Below, one piece after another: positions 10,236 through 18,989 of a stretch of 64,000 nt of DNA. The notes under the pieces are model-generated. The model was not told where the DNA came from, ran no database searches, and saw only the letters and a program-made list of their open reading frames with translations. The position numbers and the translations under genes are program-made. The stretch is from assembly GCA_963746235.1 (NCBI GenBank), contig CAVVCE010000007.1, positions 19,854 through 83,853 of the forward strand. The letters are read 5' to 3'. The DNA comes from an uncultured Alphaproteobacteria bacterium. Its GTDB lineage: Bacteria; Pseudomonadota; Alphaproteobacteria; Rhizobiales; Xanthobacteraceae. How positions within the stretch are numbered: the stretch's first letter is position 1; every line of letters starts with the position of its first letter.

Positions 10236-11096
10236 TTACTTCTGCGTCGGCTTGAAGTACCGCAGATCGGGCGGCGGCTGGTCCTTGCGGGCCGGCATCA
10301 GCATGCCGTCGCCGCTCATGTAATAATTGTCCTTGCCGATGGCGATGTAGGCGCTGCTCTCGGTGCAGTAGGATTCGTCCCATTCGAGACGCGAGGTCTG
10401 CTCGAGCACATATTTCTTGTCCACCGTCCAAGGCCGCGTCAAGGCATGGTCGATCACCGTGATCTCGTCGTGCAGGACTTTCGGATCGGCTTTGTCGCGG
10501 TGGATACGCTCCTTGAAGATGGACTCGTTGTCGAAGGCCAGCGGCAGGCCGGTCGCGTCATAGGCACGCGGGCCTTTGAACGGGCCGCGCGTTTCGACTT
10601 CGAGCAGGTCGTAGCGGCCGTCGCCGTCCTGGTCGATCCATTTGCCGATCGAGTAGCCCGCGAAGGTGGCCTCCGCGTCCTTGGGCCAGTCGCGTCCGTC
10701 GGTGAAGATGCGGCGGAAGTGGTCCGAGCCGCCGATCAAGACATAAGTGGCCTCCGGCGTGACGACGAATTCCAGCGGCCGGAATGCGATCATCATCAGC
10801 GGCATGCCGGCGGGGAGGCACAAAGCGTGGCCGGCAAAATTGCCCTGGCCGCCCTTGGCCTGGTCCGCGAGGCTCGCCTCCAGGACCTTCCGATACTCCT
10901 CCGTCAGCGGGGCTTCCTGACCAAATCCCCATGGCTTGGTCTGGTCGAATGACGGCTGTCCGCCGAGCCCACGGACGACGAACCGCGCCCACGCGCCCTT
11001 CCAGTCCGGATATTTCGCATCATCGGCCGCCTGAGCGCCGATGGGTGTCATCAGCGCCGCCACCACGATTGCACCGATCAAACTGCGACCACGCAT
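10236..11096 (-). CDS. Secreted conserved protein of unknown function (paralog B)
   Basis: Signal peptide MRGRSLIGAIVVAALMTPIGAQA. Collinear with ORF 4357..5217 along its full length. Confidence 0.7.
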   Translation of the reverse strand: MRGRSLIGAIVVAALMTPIGAQAADDAKYPDWKGAWARFVVRGLGGQPSFDQTKPWGFGQEAPLTEEYRKVLEASLADQAKGGQGNFAGHALCLPAGMPLMMIAFRPLEFVVTPEATYVLIGGSDHFRRIFTDGRDWPKDAEATFAGYSIGKWIDQDGDGRYDLLEVETRGPFKGPRAYDATGLPLAFDNESIFKERIHRDKADPKVLHDEITVIDHALTRPWTVDKKYVLEQTSRLEWDESYCTESSAYIAIGKDNYYMSGDGMLMPARKDQPPPDLRYFKPTQK

Positions 11097-11143
11097 TCCA
11101 ACCTCCCTGTAGTCGTGTCTCAACGCCGCATGCGCGTACGGCG

Positions 11144-11214
11144 GACTTGTAGATCATGACTTGCAAGATCATGACTTGTAAGCCCTGACTTGCAGATCAT
11201 GATTTGCAGATGCC
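11144..11214. repeat. Five tandem copies of a 14-15-bp motif GACTTGYA(A)GATCAT in a divergent intergenic region
   Basis: GACTTGTAGATCAT, GACTTGCAAGATCAT, GACTTGTAAGCCCT, GACTTGCAGATCAT, GATTTGCAGATGCC, read directly from the sequence. Confidence 0.85.
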
Positions 11215-11450
11215 GTCACGGCTCTTTTCGCCGGCTGATTTTAACCCATTTTTTTCGACGATGCACGTTTCAGTTGTTCAGAACCGGGCATGTTCCAACG
11301 GGCATGATCAGCCATGTTCCACGGGGGCCGCTACCTGCGGTCGCTCGACGAACCCGCGCAAGGGCGGCCGGGGGCCGGGGAGGCCCTATCAAAGTACGCG
11401 TTCGAGCAGATACGATGCTTCGTCCGGAGCATTGGGGCGGTAAGCACGCG

Positions 11451-12767
11451 ATGACGAATGACCGTCCAGCAGCCACAGCAGCGGCTGTCTCCGTCGCTCC
11501 CACGATCTTATCGCGCGCGGCGCGGCAGAGGATTTTCCTCTACCTCGGCGTCCTGATCGTTCTGCTGGCGTTCGGCGCCCCCTACGGAGGCCTGATCGAC
11601 ATTCCGATCAGCTTCTTTCTCAAGAACAAGCTGCATTTGGAGGCCCACGAGGTGGCCGAATTCCGGCTCGTGTCCGCCATCCCGCTCTACCTGTCCTGCG
11701 TCTTCGGATTCATCCGCGACACCTGGAATCCGTTCGCGATGAGAGACCGCGGATTCGTGCTGCTGTTCGGTGCCATCAGCGCCGGCCTCTACGCCGCCTT
11801 TGCTTTCACCCCCATTACCTATGCGACGCTCCTCGTTGCGGTCGTGCTGTTGACGGCTTCATTCCTTTTCGTCGCAAGCGCCCAGAACGGACTGACTGCG
11901 ATGATCGGCCAGCAGCATGCGATGTCCGGTCAGGTCAGCGCGGTGTGGAATATCTTCGGTTCGCTCCCCACCGTCGCGGCCCTCCTCCTCGGCGGCACTC
12001 TCAGCGGCTTTCTCGAAGACAGGAACGCCGACCAGGCCGCCCGCATCCTGTTTCTGGTCGGCGCGGCGATCATGGCATCGGTGGCCGCTTACGCCGTGTG
12101 GAAGCCGAGAAGCGTGTTCGACAACGTCCGCGACGAACAGGGGACCGTCGCGCATCCGCTGAAGGATCTCGAAAGACTGGTGCGGCATTGGCCGGTCTAC
12201 CCGGCTTTGCTGATCTGGGTGTTATGGAACTTCGCGCCCGGCTCGGTCACGCCGCTTCAGTATTACCTCCAGAACACTCTCCACGCCGAGGACGCCCAGT
12301 GGGGTCAGTGGAACGCGATTTTCGCCGCCTCCTTCATTCCGACCTTCATGGTGTTCGGCATCCTCTGCCGAAGGTTTCCCTTGAAGACCCTGCTGGTGTG
12401 GGGGACCGTCGTCGCGATTCCGCAGTTGGTTCCGTTGCTCTTCATTCATTCGGTGACGGGAGCTTTGATTGCGGCGGCGCCCATTGGCCTGATGGGCGGC
12501 GTTGCCACCGCGGCCTATATGGACCTGATCATCCGCTCCTGCCCGCCGGGCCTGCAGGGAACGACGCTGATGATGTCTGGCGGCCTTTACTGGATCGCCT
12601 CACGATTTGGCGATGTCCTGGGGACGAAGCTTTATGACCACTTTGGCGGCTTTGCCGCTTGCGTGATCGCGATCACCGTCGTCTACGCCCTGATCCTCCC
12701 GGCCCTCCTGCTGGTGCCCAAACGCCTGATTGCCACCGCCGACGGGCAAGCACCCGCTGGCGTGTGA
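11451..12767 (+). CDS. MFS-type transporter, BT1 (folate/biopterin transporter)-like
   Basis: 438-aa polytopic protein starting MTNDRPAATAAAV... with about 12 predicted TM segments. The BT1-like assignment is from memory of family N-terminal motifs (FFLKNKL..., FIRDTWNPF). Confidence 0.65.
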   Translation: MTNDRPAATAAAVSVAPTILSRAARQRIFLYLGVLIVLLAFGAPYGGLIDIPISFFLKNKLHLEAHEVAEFRLVSAIPLYLSCVFGFIRDTWNPFAMRDRGFVLLFGAISAGLYAAFAFTPITYATLLVAVVLLTASFLFVASAQNGLTAMIGQQHAMSGQVSAVWNIFGSLPTVAALLLGGTLSGFLEDRNADQAARILFLVGAAIMASVAAYAVWKPRSVFDNVRDEQGTVAHPLKDLERLVRHWPVYPALLIWVLWNFAPGSVTPLQYYLQNTLHAEDAQWGQWNAIFAASFIPTFMVFGILCRRFPLKTLLVWGTVVAIPQLVPLLFIHSVTGALIAAAPIGLMGGVATAAYMDLIIRSCPPGLQGTTLMMSGGLYWIASRFGDVLGTKLYDHFGGFAACVIAITVVYALILPALLLVPKRLIATADGQAPAGV

Positions 12768-12831
12768 GCGCCCGCTGGCTTGTGAGCAAAGGGGATGCCG
12801 CCGAGCCGGCGCCCGGCGTCGGAGCCCGCCG

Positions 12832-13383
12832 TCAGGTCAGGTCTTCCCGCGCCGGCCGGCGGGTGCGGAACACGACGAAATGCGACATGGTGAAGTTGAC
12901 CACGAAGCTGGCCAGGATGGCGGCACCCTTCGCGGCGAGCAGCGGCATGAACTCGGCGGCGATGACCAGGGTCGTGGTGTTGGCAATGTCGCCGAGCACG
13001 CCCGAGGCCAGGAAGGTTCCGTACGACTTCCAGCGCAACTGCCGTCCCGATTCCGCCGCGAAGGTGATGTGCGAATTCATGACATAGGAGCACGACACCG
13101 CCACCAGCCAGGAAATGGTGTTGGCGGCGACGAGCACGATGCTTTCGTGGCTGGTGCACTGGCAGCCGTCGGCGAATGCGTCGAGCGGCCGCAGCGCCGC
13201 CGGCGTGGCGTTGAGATAGGAATAGGCAGGCAGGAAAACAGTCGTATCTATCAAGGCGTTGACGACGCCGATCAGCGCGAAGCTCACGGCCTTGCGGAGC
13301 ATCACGAGATGCGGCTCGACCAGGGCGGCGGCGCGAGGAAAGACGGCGCGGAAGCACTCGATCGGAATCTCGATTGGAATCAT
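12832..13383 (-). CDS. GtrA-family membrane protein
   Basis: 183-aa ORF from MIPIEIPIE with four hydrophobic segments. GtrA-like pattern FALIGVVNALIDT...SYVMNSHITF...FVVNFTMSHFVVF. Confidence 0.8.
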   Translation of the reverse strand: MIPIEIPIECFRAVFPRAAALVEPHLVMLRKAVSFALIGVVNALIDTTVFLPAYSYLNATPAALRPLDAFADGCQCTSHESIVLVAANTISWLVAVSCSYVMNSHITFAAESGRQLRWKSYGTFLASGVLGDIANTTTLVIAAEFMPLLAAKGAAILASFVVNFTMSHFVVFRTRRPAREDLT

Positions 13384-13509
13384 GCGCCCTCGCTTAGCAC
13401 GTCCGGTGCTGCACTGCGATGCGGCACAGCGATGCTGCGTTCTACTAAATGGACCCCGTCTTCGGGCTATGATGTTTCCGACACGGCACGCGGATGCGAC
13501 GGAAAGACG

Positions 13510-14566
13510 ATGAGCCCTGACCAACGAGACGGCGCCAGCACCATGGTCCGCCGCCATCCCGCCCCGGGTGGTGTCGGCCTGTCGATCGTCATTCCCGTCT
13601 ATAACGAGGCGGCGGGCCTTGCCCGCCCTGCATGCGCGCATCTGCAAGATCGCCGCCGGGCTCGCCGCCGAGCGCGGGCTCGCCTGCGAGATCATCTATG
13701 TGGACGACGGCAGCCGCGATACGTCGCTCGCGGCGGCGCTGGCGTTGCCGGCGCAGGCGGTCGACGTCCAGGTGGTCTCGCTGTCGCGCAATTTCGGCAA
13801 GGAGGCCGCGCTGCTCGCCGGCCTCGATCATGCCCGCCTCGGCGCCGTGCTGTTCATGGATGCCGACGGCCAGCATCCGCCGGCGCTGATCGAAACCCTG
13901 GTCGGCCATTGGCTCGATGGCGGCTACGACGTCGTCTACACCGCCAAGGCCCATCGCGACAACAAGTCGATGATGATCCGGCTCGGCGTGAGAGCATTCT
14001 ATTCCCTGATCAACTGGGGCGCGCGCCAGCCGATCCCCGAGGATGCCGGCGACTTCCGCCTGCTGTCGCCGCGCGCCGCGGCGGCGCTGCGCCAGATGCC
14101 CGAGCGCAATCGCTTCTTCAAGGGCCTGGCAAGCTGGATCGGCTTTCGCCAGCTCCGGGTCGATTACGATCCGGCCGAGCGCACCCATGGGCGCACCAGC
14201 TGGAGCCTCGGCTCGCTGATCGGGCTCTCGGTCGAGGGGCTGACCTCGTTCTCGGTGGCGCCGCTGCGGATCGCGAGCCTGCTCGGCATCCTGCTGGCGG
14301 CCGGCGCGCTGGTGTTCAGCGTCTGGATCCTGATCGAAACCTTCGTCTATGAGCAGACGGTGCCCGGCTATCCTTCGCTCATCATCGGCATCATGGTGAT
14401 CGGCGGCGTGCAACTCCTGATGATCGGCGTGATGGGCGAATACATCGGCAAGGTGCTGTCCGAGCTCAAGCGCCGCCCGGTCTATTTCGTCGCCGAGCAC
14501 AGCGTGAAGCGGGCAGCGGCCGGACGAACGGCCGGACGCCGCGGAGGCGGCGCGGAACGCGGCCGA
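13510..14566 (+). pseudogene. Family-2 glycosyltransferase (polyprenyl-phosphate sugar synthase, ArnC/GtrB/LgmA-like), +1 frameshift near 13620
   Basis: LSIVIPVYNEAAGL is in frame 1. ALHARICKIAAGL...IIYVDDGSRD...FMDADGQHPP...two C-terminal TM segments...VYFVAEH are in frame 2. That frame runs without a stop into the next gene. Confidence 0.8.
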
Positions 14567-15404
14567 ATGAAGCCCCGCCGGTTCTGGCTGTGCGCCGACG
14601 ATTACGGCATCTCCCCGGCGGTGAACCGCGCCATCCGCGACCTCATCGCGCGCGGCCGCATCAATGCGACCTCGGTCATGGTCGGCGCGCCGAGCTTCGA
14701 TGCGGGGGAGGCGCGCGCACTCGATCGCCGCCGCCGAAACCGCCGGGACGCGCGCCGCGCTCGGCCTGCATTTCACTCTCACGGCGCCGTTCCGGCCGCT
14801 GAGCGCTTATCGTCCGGTTGCGGCGGACGGGGCGTTCCTGCCGCTGCGGCAGATGCTCGTGCGCGGGCTCGCGCGCGCGCTCGACGGCCGCGCCGCCGGT
14901 GTGGAAGCGGAGCGCCAGATCGAGGCGTTCCACTTGGCATTCGGGCGGCCGCCGGACTTCATCGACGGCCATCAGCACGTTCACCTGTTGCCGCAGATCG
15001 GCGACGCGCTGCTGGCGGTGATGAAGCAGCGCACGCCGGCCGCGTGGGTCAGGCAATGCGGGCGCGCCATGCCGCTCGCCAAACGGTGGGGCGACCGCAA
15101 GGGACTGCTGCTCGACGTGCTCAGCCTGCGCATGCGCAAGCGCAGCCGCCGCCTCGGTGTCGCCACCAATCCCGCCTTTGCCGGCACCTATGATTTCAAC
15201 CGCGCCACCGGCTACGACGCCGCGTTCGCGTCATTCCTGGACGGCTTGCCCGAAGGCGGTCTGGTGATGTGCCATCCGGGCATCGTCGATGCCGAGTTGG
15301 CGCGCCTCGACGGCTTCACCGCCATGCGCGAGCAGGAGTATGCGTTCTTCGCCGGGGAGCGCTTTCCGCAGTTGCTGGCGCAACGCGGCTTCGTCCTGGC
15401 GTGA
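14567..15404 (+). pseudogene. YdjC/ChbG/HpnK-family carbohydrate deacetylase, +1 frameshift near 14715-14725
   Basis: MKPRRFWLCADDYGISPAVNRAIRDLI...MVGAPSFDAGEARAL is in one frame. IAAAETAGTRAALGLHFTLT...DGHQHVHLLP...VMCHPG continues in ORF 14664..15404. Confidence 0.8.
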
Positions 15405-15583
15405 CGCAAGCGCGTGCTACGGCGGCACGTGCGACGAAGCCGAATGAACGATCGTTCATCGATGATGTTGTACAACGATGATGTTGTTCGTTGATATTAA
15501 TGCCAGCACCGTCCCACTTCCGGCGCCGGCAAGTCACCCCATATGAAAGCCGCGCCGGGCCTACCGGCCAGAGGAGAGCATTC

Positions 15584-16393
15584 ATGACCCCGCAGGAACA
15601 ACAGCTCGTCGCAGACCTGTTCGACCGCCTTGCGTCGCTGGAGGGCGAGCGCCGCGATCCCGATGCCGAGCGCGTGATCCGCGAAGGGCTCGCCCGTGCG
15701 CCGAACGCGATCTACGCGCTGGTGCAATCGGTGCTGGTCCAGGACGAGGCGCTCAAGCGCGCCAACGCCCATATCGAGGAGCTCGAGCATGCGCGGGCCA
15801 GCGAGCCGGCCCCGGGCGGCGGCTTCCTCGACAGCATGCGCAATGTGCTCACCGGGCGCGATCCGCGCGGCTCGGTGCCCTCGGTGCGGCCGGGCGGCCA
15901 GGGCACGAGCGGCGCTTGGGGCCCGCGGCCGGATGCCGCGCCGGCCTATCCGCCGGGCTATCCGCCACAGCAGGGTTATCCCCCTCAACCGGGTTATCCG
16001 CCCCAGCCCGGCTATCCGCCGGGCCGCGGCATGATGGGAGGCGGTTCGTTTCTCGGCACCGCTGCGGCGACGGTCGCAGGCGTGGTCGGCGGCTCGATGC
16101 TGCTCAGCGGCATCCGCTCCGCGTTCGGCAGCGGCGGCGGCAATCAGACATTCGGCAGCGGGTTGCCTTGGAACAGTTCGGGCGGCGGCGAACTCTCCCG
16201 TGACGCCGGCGTCGGCGATGTCGGCGGTCACCGCGGCGGTTGGGGCAATGCAGACGCCCGACAGGACGCCCAGCAGGATGCCGACGACGATCGAGATCAA
16301 AACGACGATGCCCAGCAGGACGCCGCCGACGATCAAGATATGATCGACGATGCCAGCGATGACTCCGCTGATTTCGATAGCGACGTGGCGTAG
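15584..16393 (+). CDS. DUF2076-family protein
   Basis: RBS GAGGAGAG. N-terminus MTPQEQQLVADLFDRLASLEG...VQDEALKRANAHIEELE, then GYPPQx repeats, a Gly-rich hydrophobic segment and an acidic tail. Confidence 0.75.
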   Translation: MTPQEQQLVADLFDRLASLEGERRDPDAERVIREGLARAPNAIYALVQSVLVQDEALKRANAHIEELEHARASEPAPGGGFLDSMRNVLTGRDPRGSVPSVRPGGQGTSGAWGPRPDAAPAYPPGYPPQQGYPPQPGYPPQPGYPPGRGMMGGGSFLGTAAATVAGVVGGSMLLSGIRSAFGSGGGNQTFGSGLPWNSSGGGELSRDAGVGDVGGHRGGWGNADARQDAQQDADDDRDQNDDAQQDAADDQDMIDDASDDSADFDSDVA

Positions 16394-16513
16394 CGCGTGA
16401 TCCCGAGAAGGCTTCTCGGGCGGACAATGCGCAGCCCCAAGGGCATATCGATTGCGATCCGATCGAAGCTCGAGCGGATCGGGCCCTTTGGCGCGGCTTT
16501 TTCAACAGGCCGT

Positions 16514-16561
16514 GGGCGGGCTCGGCCCGCCCCATTGTCGTACTGGGGCGGGTTCCGCCCC
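16514..16561. terminator. Two tandem GC hairpins between convergent genes, each followed by CATTGTC
   Basis: GGGCGGGC-TCG-GCCCGCCC (16514-16532) and GGGGCGG-GTT-CCGCCCC (16545-16561). No U-tracts. Confidence 0.35.
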
Positions 16562-16578
16562 ATTGTCATGTCGACGCC

Positions 16579-17286
16579 TCACATCACGATCACCCGGGCG
16601 CCGACGGGGACGCGGCCGTAGAGATCGATCACGTCTTCATTGCGCATGCGGATGCAACCGGAAGACACCTGGGTGCCGATCGTCCAGGGCTCGTTGGAGC
16701 CGTGGATGCGGTAGAGCGTATCGCCCAGATAGAGCGCGCGGGCGCCGAGCGGGTTGTCCGGTCCACCGGCCATGTAGTGCGGCAGATCGGGCCGGCGGCG
16801 CAGCATCTCGTCCGGCGGGCGCCACTCCGGCCATTCCTTCTTCATGGTGACGCTCTTGACGCCGGCCCAGGTGAAACCCGGGCGGCCGACGCCGATGCCG
16901 TAGCGCACCGCCTTGTTGCCCGGCTCGACCAAGTAAAGCATGCGCTCGGGGGTGTTGATGATGACGGTGCCCGGCTTCTCCTCGCCGTTATAGTCGACGA
17001 CCTGCCTGACGTAGCGCGGATCGGCGGCGTACCGCATGGCATCGGCATCGGGTGCGTAGGCTTGGCGTTGGGGCGCGGCGGACTGTGAGCCGCCGGAGAA
17101 CAGGAACTCGATCAGGCCGCCGCCTAGGCCCGCCGCGGCGGCATCGGCAGAGGCCGCGATGACCGCGGGGCCCGCCATGAGGGCGAGAACCCAGGTGCGA
17201 AAATGCGGACGCGAAGAAACGCGAGGGTCGAGACCGGAAGAGGCGAGACCGGGAGGATCGAGACTGGGGAGATCGGGACATGACAT
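16579..17286 (-). CDS. L,D-transpeptidase (YkuD domain)
   Basis: YkuD motifs IHGSNEPWTIGTQVSSGCIRMRNEDV. N-terminal signal-like segment WVLALMAGPAVIAASADA. Confidence 0.85.
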   Translation of the reverse strand: MSCPDLPSLDPPGLASSGLDPRVSSRPHFRTWVLALMAGPAVIAASADAAAAGLGGGLIEFLFSGGSQSAAPQRQAYAPDADAMRYAADPRYVRQVVDYNGEEKPGTVIINTPERMLYLVEPGNKAVRYGIGVGRPGFTWAGVKSVTMKKEWPEWRPPDEMLRRRPDLPHYMAGGPDNPLGARALYLGDTLYRIHGSNEPWTIGTQVSSGCIRMRNEDVIDLYGRVPVGARVIVM

Positions 17287-17494
17287 GGGGGCGTACTCGC
17301 TACATTTCGCCGCGTGGAGCGGACAATGCGCTCCAGAACTGGCCACCCGCGCATTATGAAAAGAAACCACCACCGATCGGTAAATAAAAATTGCCGAAAA
17401 AGTAAGTATATCCACACACGATCTGTTCATCACGACATGGTTTATTCCAGGTAAATCCGCAGTCTCATGGTTAATATGCTGCTTATGTTCATGG

Positions 17495-17509
17495 TTAAAA
17501 GGCTGTTAA
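17495..17509. promoter_or_regulatory. CtrA-box-like motif TTAA-N7-TTAA upstream of the L,D-transpeptidase gene
   Basis: TTAAAAGGCTGTTAA lies in an AT-rich spacer that also holds three TCATGGTTWA repeats (about 17437, 17464, 17488). Pattern match only. Confidence 0.25.
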
Positions 17510-17521
17510 ATCTGTCGAATA

Positions 17522-18814
17522 TTATCGATGGCCGAGGTTGAATAGACTGTTCTCACCTCCGCCCTCACCTCCGCGATGCTTCAGAACAAGATGGCTCATC
17601 ATGCCCGTCACGCGCGAGCCTTCCCCGGCGGCGCCCGAGATCACGAAGAACGACGCCAGCGCAACCGCGGCAAAGCAGGCGGTGACGCCGAGGGCCGCCG
17701 CGTCCGACACGCGTTCGACTACGAAGGCGAGCACCAGCGGCGCCGCCGACTGCATGGCGAGCCATGGCGCGGCGAGCCGTCCCATTAGCCGGCCATAGCC
17801 GGCGGCGCCGAACATGGTCAGCGGGACGGTTCCGCGGGCGATGGTGATGAGGCCATTGCTGACGCCGAACATGATCGCGAACAGCGCCGCCGGCACCGCG
17901 GAAATGCCGGCCAATGCGAGCAAGACGAATGCGCACAGCACCAGCGTCACCGCCGACCGCGCGATGGCGAGCGGATGGGTGTTGCCGCCGAAGGCGAATT
18001 CGAACAGTCGCGACGCCACCTGGGACGGGCCGAACAGCGCTCCGATCGTCACCACCGTGCCGGCGTCGATGCCGGCACGGCCGAAGATCGCGAGCAGGTG
18101 CGCCGACATTCCCGACGGAACGAACGAATAGGCGGCAAAGCCGGTCGCCACCAGGACGAACGGCAATCCCCTGGCCGGCAGCACCGCGGCGGGCAGCGGC
18201 GCGCCCGCGCGCGCCGGCGTCTGCAGCTCCGGCCGCTGGCGCGGCAGTGCGAACCAGTGCAGCGGCGCGGCGACAAAGGCGAGCAGGCCGGCATAGAGAA
18301 GATAGGTGGTGCGCCAGCCATAGGCATCGAGCAGGACATGGGTCGCGGGCCAACTCACCGTCGAGGCGAAGCCGCCGGCAAAGGTGAGCAAGGTGATCGG
18401 CCGCCGCGCGCCGGCCCCGAAAATCCGGCCCAGCGTGGCGAACGCCGCATCATAGAGCGAGGCCGAAAGCGCGATGCCCAGCACCACCCAGACGCCCAAA
18501 TAGACCGCGCGATTGTCGCTGCGGGCGAGCGCGAACAGTCCGGCCGCACCGACCAGCGATCCCGCCGTCATCACGATCCCGCCGCCGTAGCGGTCGATCA
18601 GCCGGCCGACGGTCGGCGAGGCGAGGCCTCCGCTCAACAGCCCGATCGAGAGCCCGCTCATGCAGAACGCGATCGACCAGCCGAGATCGGCGGCGATCAG
18701 CGGCATCGTCAGGACCGGTGGATAGAACAGCGTGCCCCAGGCCAGGATCTGCGTCACGCCGAGCACGGCGACGGCGCGCCAGGGACCGCGCAGGAACTCG
18801 CGCAGGCGTGACAT
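17522..18814 (-). CDS. MFS transporter
   Basis: 430-aa ORF from MSRLREFLRGPWRAV with 12 hydrophobic segments and an MFS loop motif GRLIDRYGG. Confidence 0.8.
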   Translation of the reverse strand: MSRLREFLRGPWRAVAVLGVTQILAWGTLFYPPVLTMPLIAADLGWSIAFCMSGLSIGLLSGGLASPTVGRLIDRYGGGIVMTAGSLVGAAGLFALARSDNRAVYLGVWVVLGIALSASLYDAAFATLGRIFGAGARRPITLLTFAGGFASTVSWPATHVLLDAYGWRTTYLLYAGLLAFVAAPLHWFALPRQRPELQTPARAGAPLPAAVLPARGLPFVLVATGFAAYSFVPSGMSAHLLAIFGRAGIDAGTVVTIGALFGPSQVASRLFEFAFGGNTHPLAIARSAVTLVLCAFVLLALAGISAVPAALFAIMFGVSNGLITIARGTVPLTMFGAAGYGRLMGRLAAPWLAMQSAAPLVLAFVVERVSDAAALGVTACFAAVALASFFVISGAAGEGSRVTGMMSHLVLKHRGGEGGGENSLFNLGHR

Positions 18815-18989
18815 CGGCGCATGATAGGCGGCGGGGGCGCCGTGGCGCCAGGGGCGGATCAAAATGACAGGTCCATGACGAGATCGCCGACGAAATCGCC
18901 GTCGCCGCCCTCTTGCGCGCCGGCTGCTGCAGTGCGAAGCAGCGCGGTGTGGAAGTTCCCGACTTGGTGAGACGGCGGAGCGCGAAACA

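Noticed and set aside
11144-11214. Tandem repeats here and at 46132-46184 as possible CRISPR arrays
   Set aside because: The units are contiguous with no spacers, are too short, and no cas genes are present.
13589-14782. 397-aa minus-strand ORF across the GT2/YdjC genes
   Set aside because: Antisense shadow ORF with no motifs.
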